Part shown: piece by piece, positions 19,171 through 26,770 of the stretch
How the letters are laid out: every line of letters starts with the position of its first letter
How positions within the stretch are numbered: the stretch's first letter is position 1
From: a virus
Taxonomy: Duplodnaviria > Caudoviricetes
Length of the DNA stretch: 31,803 nucleotides
Reading direction: 5' to 3' (one strand)
Virus record (IMG/VR): IMGVR_UViG_3300032053_000318
Span: 1-31,803 of that record
Notes under the pieces: generated by a model
What the model saw: only the letters and a program-made list of their open reading frames with translations
Told to the model about the DNA's origin: nothing
Databases searched by the model: none
Made by a program: the position numbers and the translations under genes

Positions 19171-19307
19171 TCATCCTCATTTGATGTGAGGATGACAGCG
19201 CTGAACTGAACGTGATCTACATCTGGGTCTGGTGTCCTACCCGCGACCTGAAATTTACATCTGGTTTGATCTTATTTGATGCACATCTAGCTCAACCGCT
19301 GTCACCC
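19171..19307 (-). promoter_or_regulatory. Candidate structured cis-regulatory RNA (long G-U-rich stem competing with a Shine-Dalgarno-sequestering hairpin)
   Basis: Perfect 9-bp inverted repeat 19171-19179/19187-19195 covers the SD. A long imperfect stem pairs ~19278-19307 with ~19190-19217, and CCAGAUGUA occurs twice inside it. Confidence 0.6.
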
Positions 19308-19326
19308 ACGTCTCGCCGCCTACCCA

Positions 19327-20037
19327 CTAGATCGGAACGACCGAGTTACTGTTGTTAGCGAACCTCAGGGAGAAGCCCTTGCCCGGACCACCATTATCCG
19401 ACACTGGCGCAAGGCCCGTATCGATGAACTCACCATACTGGCTCACGCCGTCGATGATGTCCGTAACGGTGCACTCAGCGTTCTCAACGACCATCGCCGA
19501 ATCACTGGTGAAGCTCGCCGAGTTGCTGTTCAACCAGCACCCCTCGAAGAAGGTCAAGAGGGCTCGCGGGGTAACGATCGGGTTGTCCGCACTCGTAGGA
19601 CCCGTCGTAACAGTCGCCGCAACCGAAGCACCATTGGGATCCTGGAGCGAAGCCAACTCCGAGAAAACCATCTCTTGCTTGATGTCGAAGGGCCAACGGT
19701 GGTGACGCAGCGAACGCGCCAGACCGTCGATGCCACCCTTGTACCCAACGACCTGCCACAGGTTCGCCGTGTACAACAGCGTGCGGTTCAAGGTCAGGGT
19801 CATCGCTTCAGTGATCGACGGCACAAGCTCGGCAATCTGATCGCCGTAACCAACGCCACGAACTGAATCAATGGTACGTGACTCCTGGTACCCGAACTCC
19901 GAGATCACCCCGAGCTGCTGAAAGCCGCCCGCACCGACTGTGTAGCCGTAGATCTTGTTCTTCTGAGACACAGCCGCACGTGTATTTGGCGCTGTTCCCA
20001 TCCTGTAAATGTAATTCGATGTAGTTACGTTCGCCAT
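19327..20037 (-). CDS. Tail tube protein
   Basis: LGVISEFGYQESRTIDSVRGVG...ELVP...TLTLNRTLLY...FDIKQ...FEGCWLNSNSASFTSDSAMVVENAECTVTDI fits a contractile-tail tube pattern. Strong AAGGAG SD and GC3-biased codons. It precedes the chaperones and tape measure. Confidence 0.8.
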   Translation of the reverse strand: MANVTTSNYIYRMGTAPNTRAAVSQKNKIYGYTVGAGGFQQLGVISEFGYQESRTIDSVRGVGYGDQIAELVPSITEAMTLTLNRTLLYTANLWQVVGYKGGIDGLARSLRHHRWPFDIKQEMVFSELASLQDPNGASVAATVTTGPTSADNPIVTPRALLTFFEGCWLNSNSASFTSDSAMVVENAECTVTDIIDGVSQYGEFIDTGLAPVSDNGGPGKGFSLRFANNSNSVVPI

Positions 20038-20068
20038 TTTAGGACTCCTTCAGCGGTTCAAGAGCGGT

Positions 20069-20692
20069 TCAAACCTCGAACAGCCCGTGGATCTCAGTCG
20101 CCTGCTTGGAGAGATCCGCCAAGTCGTTGCCAACCCACGGTTGTGCGAGATCCACGTTCTGCGCAATCTCAGCGACCCGAGATGCAATCTTGTGAAGATC
20201 TTGTTTGGCACGCACCGAATCAAACCGCTTACCAGCGGTCTTGAGACGTTCAATCGCCTCATCCGTCGCCGCTACCTTGGCTACGATGTCTTCGGCGAGT
20301 TCCACATTGGCGGTGAAAGTGTCGTAGGAAGCGGTCTTGAGCATGGCAGTTTGTTTCTCCGACTCGCTATAGCGAGCAATCTGAGCCTGACGATCATGGC
20401 CCTGCATAAGAGGGTTAGTAGTAGACGAAAACCGAGCCCGCCTAAACGGCAGCATTGCCCACATCCGGTCGAGGTCCACGGACAGCATCACCTGGTGCGA
20501 GGACACGAACTCCCTGAGCGCTACCCGGGCTGTTCGCGTGGGTACCAAACCGGTGATCAGCTTGAGCACAGAAATTGGGCCTAGCATGTAACGCTGGCCG
20601 TCCGGGACCTGAACGTAGTCCACAAACCCGTCGGTCCCAAACGTCACCATGGCCACACGACGTGGCTGCTGCGTCTTCTTGAGCGGTGGCAT
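20069..20692 (-). CDS. Hypothetical protein (207 aa, helical C-terminal half)
   Basis: Tiles between the Zn-finger gene and the tube on the coding strand. No recognised motif. Confidence 0.65.
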   Translation of the reverse strand: MPPLKKTQQPRRVAMVTFGTDGFVDYVQVPDGQRYMLGPISVLKLITGLVPTRTARVALREFVSSHQVMLSVDLDRMWAMLPFRRARFSSTTNPLMQGHDRQAQIARYSESEKQTAMLKTASYDTFTANVELAEDIVAKVAATDEAIERLKTAGKRFDSVRAKQDLHKIASRVAEIAQNVDLAQPWVGNDLADLSKQATEIHGLFEV

Positions 20693-20708
20693 CCCTACAG
20701 GGAACCCA

Positions 20709-20903
20709 CTAGAAGAACATCAATGCCACCGGGACCGCGCTCCGGACCTCCCGAGTACCGGAACCGTCACACGACGGACAGGTACGGTGCCCACAAGTAC
20801 ACGTGGCATCCGGGTCAACAAAGACCCGACACCTTGGAAGGTGCACATGCCCACGCCCCGCACAGATTGGGCAAACTTGTTTCACTACAGTTACGTAGCG
20901 CAA
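20709..20903 (-). CDS. Small Cys-rich zinc-finger protein (DnaJ-type CxxCxGxG)
   Basis: CPICAGRG...CTCGHRTCPSCDGSG in 64 aa; tiles between its neighbours. Confidence 0.6.
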   Translation of the reverse strand: MRYVTVVKQVCPICAGRGHVHLPRCRVFVDPDATCTCGHRTCPSCDGSGTREVRSAVPVALMFF

Positions 20904-20937
20904 CCTACAAATGAATCACGAGAATTCGCGGGAAATA

Positions 20938-21336
20938 TCACTCATTCCAGTTGATGAACTTGCCCGCCTCGATCTCATCCTCTTTCGAGTCAAATGCCTC
21001 AATGTAGGCCTCAATTCTGTCCTTCAAACTGTCCCGCCAGCCCTGCGTGCGCTTCACGATCGGGGCCTTACCTGGCATCAGAGGACGGCCCCTAGCGAAG
21101 CTGTATAGCTGCACTCGAATCGCATCATCGCCAACCCCAGCGCCCGTAGTGCCGTCCTGTGCGATCGATGTCCAAACCCGGATACCCGTCTTGGGACTCA
21201 AGTACAGATCGAACACAAGCTCGCCCTTCTGCGCCCCTTTCTTAGGCTTGAGCACACGAAACGCTCGCTTGAGGAACTTCTCCATGTCTTCAAGAGAAAT
21301 CGCTGTGTAGGTTGCCGCCATGGCCCGCTTTTTCAT
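20938..21336 (-). CDS. Hypothetical phage protein (132 aa)
   Basis: ATGA overlap with the helicase stop and an SD-like GGAGGGG upstream. Contains an IRVWTSI...GDDAIRV...VKRTQGWR pattern. Confidence 0.7.
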   Translation of the reverse strand: MKKRAMAATYTAISLEDMEKFLKRAFRVLKPKKGAQKGELVFDLYLSPKTGIRVWTSIAQDGTTGAGVGDDAIRVQLYSFARGRPLMPGKAPIVKRTQGWRDSLKDRIEAYIEAFDSKEDEIEAGKFINWNE

Positions 21337-24300
21337 GACCCCCTCCGATCATACGTTGCGGGCATCTCATCGGCGTACCGCTCGATGGTTTCCAACACGT
21401 GTGGGTCCACAGCCTCAACAGCAGCCGTCTTCTCCCCAGACTCGAACACCTCGCCCTTGGGGACGTTCTCCCCCTCGTGCAAACCAGCCTCACGGACGAA
21501 GCGGCTGATGCCCGCCTCCATGCCGTTATCCGAAACCATGGGGCACAACACTTCGAGATTCACGGCAGCTCGGGTCAAGGCCACATACGCCAAGTTGCGC
21601 TCAGCCTTCAACTTCTCCGCTTCCTCCACCGGATCAGGTGGAGGCTCATTGGGACGAGGCCTACGCACAGGCGGGAACTTACCCGCAGGCATCAACACCG
21701 AAACGTTAGGCCACTCAAGACCCTTGACCGAGTGCACCGTAGAAAGCGTGATGGCCGGGGGTTTCGCCCGACGCTGCCCAGGATCCGCGATCTTGTTCTG
21801 ATCCTTCTCCCACTTCTCGGGGTCGATCCGCAGAGTCTCCGACAGCTTCGAGTACCTGGCAATCTTGCTCACAAACCCTTGAGCCGTAGAAGGGTCTGTA
21901 TTGTTGGTCTGGTCGTTATCGTTAGGAACCGCCATTTGGTACAGGAACTGAACGGCACCCAGACCCTTGCCCGGTACGTCCTCCTTCTTTTTGACCCCTA
22001 GCAAACCTTCTTCACCAACCTCCGGCACCACTTCCTCTGTCTCAGTCTCGTCCTCATCCCCGTCGTCATCGGCGAAGATAGCGGTGTCATGCGTGATCTG
22101 CTCACGCAACGTGCTGGTCTCCGTGTAGGCACCCCGCTCACGGGACCAACCTGAAACCACTGAGGTCATGCTGTCAAGGATGTAGTCCAGCAGCTTGTCC
22201 GTGCTGTTGTCCCCAGCCGCCACGAACGCGGACAAATCCCGCAGATTCTTGGCCATCCCCTTGAGGTTGTCAGCCAGCTCGTCCACACGCTTACCGTACA
22301 TCCACTCGCCCTTGCGGACATCGCCACGAGCGGAGGCCATGATCTTGAGCCTGTACGGCTGCTTGAGCTTGTCGGCAAGAAGCCGGATGTTGCGGCTCTC
22401 CAACAAGGCCATAGGGCTCACGGACCTGATATCGACACGCTCACGCCTGGAGAGGTCATCGAGAGCCTCATCCACAGCCTTCGCCACATCGTCAGGACCC
22501 AGGTAGGTGCCACGATCGGGCTTCATGAGCGCCGACACGAGAGAGCCCCTCATCTTCTCATAGTCATTGCCCGTGATCAGGTCGATATACCCCAAGACTG
22601 CCTTGGTTTCAGGGGCCTCCAAGAAGCCCTTACCACCACGCCGCACGTAGGGGATCTCGTTGATGATGCAGGCAGTCTCGAAGTCGTTCAACTCTGCGTT
22701 GGTGCGTGCCAGAACCGCGTAGTCCTCAGCCTTCGCATCTTCGGTCGCGATGTCCTTGACCACACGACCGATAGTCTGGATCGCCGCCGACGTGTTGTCG
22801 CTTGGCGTGTCCACGATAATAGAAGCCTTGCCCCTAGCCTTCTTAGGGTTAGCTCGGGCTTCCATAGGGATGTTGCCATCGTTGTGGGCAACCAAACGAT
22901 TGGCAGCATCAACGATCTCCGGCTCGCAACGGTAGTTCGTCTTGATCATCCGGGTCTTCCAACCCTCTTTACCATCGAGGCTCGTGAACAGCTCAGGACG
23001 AGCGCCACGAAACTGGTAAATGGCTTGCTTATCGTCCCCGATCATCCACAGAGATTTGCCGTCAGAGCCATCCCCGATGTGCTCGGTCATCAACTCGAAG
23101 ATCTGATGCTGCACAAGGTTCAAGTCCTGGCACTCATCGACCAAGAAATGGTCGAACATGCCCTGGACCATTGCCTTGGCTTTCGGGTCCCGCTTCAAGA
23201 TCTGCTGGAACACCTTGAGCATGTCGTCAAGATCACCTAGACGCTCACCACCCGGACGATTCTTCTTCATGAAGTTGTCGTAAGCCGGTGACACACACGG
23301 CGGACGCCACCCAGGGATGTCACCCTTGACGCCCATATACATCTCGTACCAAACGACCGCCTGGGCTTCCGCCTTCGAGGTCACCTTTTTCTTAGCCTCT
23401 TCGAGACTCACGTCGTTGCCACGCCACTTGTTCAAGAGCAGGTTGGCCTTCTTGGCCTTCGGGGGCTCCACCAGCCATTCAACGGGGAAGCCGAACCGTC
23501 TGGCCAAGCCCTCCACGTCGCAATTGGTCCAGATGTTACGGATCGCAATTGAAATCGTGGTCGGACTCACGGACCGCACGCCCTTCTTGGGTGGCGCGAT
23601 CAGACGGGGCGGCTTGAGCATCGCCTGTTCCTCAGGTGTGCCGAAACCAGGCACCTGACGGTCCCCCGTGATGAACTTGTAGAACAGCGAGTGCATAGTG
23701 CCGACCTGGACCCCGACATCGGAGCCATCGGTCCCCAGCTTCTTCGCAATCTTACCCTTGAGTTCATCAGCCGCTTTGCGGTTGAACGAGCACGCAAGGA
23801 TACGGTTGGGATTCTGCTTGCGTTCCTTCACCAAGTAGTCAATGCGAGCCACGAGCGTGGTGGAATTGTGGTTAACAAAACCACCAGCGGAAAATGAGTG
23901 AGTGCCAGGCACTACGAAGTCGTAGACCTCCGCCTCAGAGTCCTCTAAGATACCCACCGCGTCATAGAACCAGGGTGTTTCTGAAAACTTCTGAAGAGCG
24001 GCACGAGCTGGGGTATTAGACTCCGGGTAGGCGTGTAGGAATTTCAGTAACGTAGGCTTTGATGCATTCCTTGTGCCACTGATGCAACATTTAAAAGCCC
24101 CGTACTCAGGGTATAGCGTAGGGTGTAAGCCAGCGCCCTTGGCCTCTTCATGCACCTCCCTAAACAAATGAGAGATGCCAGGAAAGACGTCAAGATTAGG
24201 GTTCGAGGTTAGATCGTTCAACGCCGATTCGGCGGCCTGTTGTTTAGCGACTAGGTTAAAACCTATATCTCGCAAGAACAGCCTGGCATTGTCCCCAGTC

Positions 24301-26114
24301 AACGAAATGTTCCAGCACCCTCTCTTGTCATTAGGCTTAAAGCGTAACGCCGACACGATACCGAAGGACAGAAGTAGTTGATGGATCTGCCTTGCAAGCT
24401 TTTCACTTGAACTGTCATAGTAAACAGTGCTTCGGTAGAACCCGCCATCCCCGTCAAAAAGGGCACGAAGAAAAGACACTACAACTTTTTTAGGGGACCT
24501 AAGAACCCCAACCGGAACCTCTTTATCGTAGGCAAGTGAATAAGTGAGCCCAAAGTCAGCAAGGGCTTCTAAATTCGCCTTGCGGTAGAACTTCAGACAC
24601 CAATGCTTTTCAGATTCGTCATAGAAAGCAGTCCACTTTGAGATGATACCCTCTACAGAAGTCTTGTAAAGACCCAACTGTGCCTCGTCCGTGGTCGTCA
24701 AGTTAACAACGGAATGATGCCCGTAGACAACTTGACCCTCACTTACAATGTAACCAAGAAGAGAGGCAACCTGTGGTGTCAACTCAACGGGTATATTGGA
24801 AGGCTCTGAATTAGTGACTTTGACAAACGCACGCTCAGAAACACGAAACGGTTCCTCCGCAAACAACCCTGCTCGACGATCAACGCATAAAAAGTCTGAA
24901 CTTTCGACCTGCCCCAGTGCTACCCATTGAAGCTCCCCATCCCGCAATACCCAAAGAGGATGGTTAGGAGTACCTTCAATCTGATACCCTAGATGGGTTG
25001 TCAATCTAATCGTGCTTCGACGCCCGTTATTCAGGATAGTGCTGGTCTTTTCTGGACCACCTAAGCCCAACACAGTCTCAACCAACTCTGACTCTTCGTT
25101 CGCGGCCAGGTGCTCTGCAAACTCTCGAATTGGGATCATCCCTCTAACGGTTTGAACAAGAGTATCCCCTCGAATGCACTTCCCGGCACCCGCACCGGCT
25201 GCCACCAAGACCTTGCCGTCGGTGAGCGCTGCCGCTTGCTGTTCCTCATCCAGACTCCGGAGAGAAGCTGGAACGTTGGTGGACTTGCTGGGGTCCGTCA
25301 TGGCAGCCGCCACAGCCGCCGTAGCAATGCCCACAACCTCGGACTTATTCGGAGGCACATCGGGCTCCCCCGAGACTTCCATGGCCCTCTGAGCCGCTCC
25401 AGTGGCCCGCGTCTGCATGTCCAAGAGTATCTGCGCGTGCTGGTCCGAAGCCTGTTGGCTGTCCTCAGAAGCCGGGGTCGCAGCCTGTTGTTGAGCCTTG
25501 GCCGCGTACAAGGAATCGAGGTCTGCCGCCGCCTCGTCTCCGCCAACCGATACCGCGTTCTGAAACGACCCAGAACCAGCCGTCTCAGCCGCTACGTCGA
25601 TCCACTTACGCAAACGCTGGTTCCTCATCGGAATGACGGCAAACTTATCGAGCGCTGCATCCGCGTCATCCACCATAGAGGCCGCCAACGCCGCCTTGAC
25701 CTCCAGCAAAGCCTTGTTCGACTTGAACACAGCTCGCATCGTAGAAGCCCCGCCCCTCGAAAGAAGCGTACGCAACTGAAGGCTCCGCCGACCCAAGCCT
25801 TGCGTGTTGGTAGCCACAAACCGGAAAGCCTTGTCCAACATCCGCTTGTGGTTGGCACTCGGAAGGTTGTCACCCAAGAAGGCTTGGATGGTGGCCAGGT
25901 GCTGACGATCCGCGAGCCGAATGAGCATGATGCCCTTACGAATCAGGTCGTCTTCCACGTCGGGGCCTGCCGTTTCCTCAACGTACCGAGTGTACGTATC
26001 GAGAGCGAGCATGAACACGAGATACTCTGCGATCTCAAGCTCACCGATGTTGTCATCAGGATCAAGCTCGTCTGCAAGAACCCGACGGGAAACGCGCTCT
26101 GAAAGATTAGGCAT
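21333..26114 (-). CDS. UvrD/PcrA/Rep-family SF1A helicase with N-terminal extension and intein
   Basis: Q motif LDEEQ; I AGAGAGK|S; Ia CSFNRKAA; Ib GTMHS; II LVDECQD; III GDDKQAIYQFRGA; IV TNYRC; IVa VLARTN; V STVHSVKGLEW; VI ERNLAYVALTRA. Confidence 0.93.
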   Translation of the reverse strand: MPNLSERVSRRVLADELDPDDNIGELEIAEYLVFMLALDTYTRYVEETAGPDVEDDLIRKGIMLIRLADRQHLATIQAFLGDNLPSANHKRMLDKAFRFVATNTQGLGRRSLQLRTLLSRGGASTMRAVFKSNKALLEVKAALAASMVDDADAALDKFAVIPMRNQRLRKWIDVAAETAGSGSFQNAVSVGGDEAAADLDSLYAAKAQQQAATPASEDSQQASDQHAQILLDMQTRATGAAQRAMEVSGEPDVPPNKSEVVGIATAAVAAAMTDPSKSTNVPASLRSLDEEQQAAALTDGKVLVAAGAGAGKCIRGDTLVQTVRGMIPIREFAEHLAANEESELVETVLGLGGPEKTSTILNNGRRSTIRLTTHLGYQIEGTPNHPLWVLRDGELQWVALGQVESSDFLCVDRRAGLFAEEPFRVSERAFVKVTNSEPSNIPVELTPQVASLLGYIVSEGQVVYGHHSVVNLTTTDEAQLGLYKTSVEGIISKWTAFYDESEKHWCLKFYRKANLEALADFGLTYSLAYDKEVPVGVLRSPKKVVVSFLRALFDGDGGFYRSTVYYDSSSEKLARQIHQLLLSFGIVSALRFKPNDKRGCWNISLTGDNARLFLRDIGFNLVAKQQAAESALNDLTSNPNLDVFPGISHLFREVHEEAKGAGLHPTLYPEYGAFKCCISGTRNASKPTLLKFLHAYPESNTPARAALQKFSETPWFYDAVGILEDSEAEVYDFVVPGTHSFSAGGFVNHNSTTLVARIDYLVKERKQNPNRILACSFNRKAADELKGKIAKKLGTDGSDVGVQVGTMHSLFYKFITGDRQVPGFGTPEEQAMLKPPRLIAPPKKGVRSVSPTTISIAIRNIWTNCDVEGLARRFGFPVEWLVEPPKAKKANLLLNKWRGNDVSLEEAKKKVTSKAEAQAVVWYEMYMGVKGDIPGWRPPCVSPAYDNFMKKNRPGGERLGDLDDMLKVFQQILKRDPKAKAMVQGMFDHFLVDECQDLNLVQHQIFELMTEHIGDGSDGKSLWMIGDDKQAIYQFRGARPELFTSLDGKEGWKTRMIKTNYRCEPEIVDAANRLVAHNDGNIPMEARANPKKARGKASIIVDTPSDNTSAAIQTIGRVVKDIATEDAKAEDYAVLARTNAELNDFETACIINEIPYVRRGGKGFLEAPETKAVLGYIDLITGNDYEKMRGSLVSALMKPDRGTYLGPDDVAKAVDEALDDLSRRERVDIRSVSPMALLESRNIRLLADKLKQPYRLKIMASARGDVRKGEWMYGKRVDELADNLKGMAKNLRDLSAFVAAGDNSTDKLLDYILDSMTSVVSGWSRERGAYTETSTLREQITHDTAIFADDDGDEDETETEEVVPEVGEEGLLGVKKKEDVPGKGLGAVQFLYQMAVPNDNDQTNNTDPSTAQGFVSKIARYSKLSETLRIDPEKWEKDQNKIADPGQRRAKPPAITLSTVHSVKGLEWPNVSVLMPAGKFPPVRRPRPNEPPPDPVEEAEKLKAERNLAYVALTRAAVNLEVLCPMVSDNGMEAGISRFVREAGLHEGENVPKGEVFESGEKTAAVEAVDPHVLETIERYADEMPATYDRRGS
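23865..25178 (-). mobile_element. Intein (438 aa) with LAGLIDADG homing endonuclease, inserted in the helicase Walker A motif
   Basis: Starts CIRGDTLV after AGAGAGK. Block B GTPNHPLW, LAGLIDADG-type blocks LLGYIVSEG and FLRALFDGDG, block F VYDFVVPGTHSF. Ends VNHN followed by Ser. Visibly more AT-rich than the exteins. Confidence 0.95.
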
Positions 26115-26156
26115 ACCTTGACTCCAACTTGCGTAATGTAGAGGAAGAATATCGGA

Positions 26157-26729
26157 TCAACACAAAGGATCCCGAGCTGGGGGGCAATTTGGACCCAAAA
26201 GCGGGAACTGCGGTGGACACGCCGGAGAGTCAGGCTGAGGCTGAGGCGTCATCGGGATGTTTGGGAACACCCTGATCAAACGTGGACGAAAGTTCATAAC
26301 CAAGGCGTAGTCATGGAGCATAGCTATACCATCTGCCGTGCAAACGCGAAAGGCCAGACAGCCCCAAGTGTTCCTCGGGATCTCGATCGTGTTGCCCTCC
26401 CACCCTTGCACGGTGGGCAACGGAACCCCATACATGGTCGCCACATCGGCCTGCGTGAGCTGCAAAGCCTCCCGGAGAAAAGCGAAGCTTTCCCCACGGA
26501 TAAGCCCCATTTGAACCAAAGTCGAGGCCGCCCTGAGGTTCGCCGCCTTCTGGACAGGGTCAGAGAAAGACGGGCCCCACTGATACAAACGCCCCGGCAC
26601 CGCCGCCACGAAAATCAGCCCCGTGGCCCCAACCGGCATCAACAGGTCAAAGAGCCCGATCTTACCCACCTGCTCGGGGTAATCCGCCTCCAGTACAACT
26701 ATCGGAAAATCAGCAAGGTCGTCGGCCAT
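26157..26729 (-). CDS. XRE-family HTH protein (MqsA-like HTH) with Pro/Cys-rich tail
   Basis: GESFAFLREALQLTQADVATMYGVPLPTVQGWEGN is a Cro/XRE-type HTH. Confidence 0.7.
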   Translation of the reverse strand: MADDLADFPIVVLEADYPEQVGKIGLFDLLMPVGATGLIFVAAVPGRLYQWGPSFSDPVQKAANLRAASTLVQMGLIRGESFAFLREALQLTQADVATMYGVPLPTVQGWEGNTIEIPRNTWGCLAFRVCTADGIAMLHDYALVMNFRPRLIRVFPNIPMTPQPQPDSPACPPQFPLLGPNCPPARDPLC

Positions 26730-26770
26730 CTAGACCCCCGTTAGTGAACGTGGTGTAACTGCTTAATAAT

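Noticed and set aside
19181-19326. tRNA or intrinsic terminator in the tube-chaperone gap
   Set aside because: No cloverleaf or T-loop consensus, and no U-tract follows either stem on the coding strand.
25110-26102. 330-aa plus-strand ORF
   Set aside because: It is antisense to the helicase N-terminus, has an Arg/His-rich shadow composition and shows no motifs.
26157-26729. MqsRA toxin-antitoxin system
   Set aside because: Only the HTH resembles MqsA. There is no zinc ribbon and no adjacent MqsR-like toxin.
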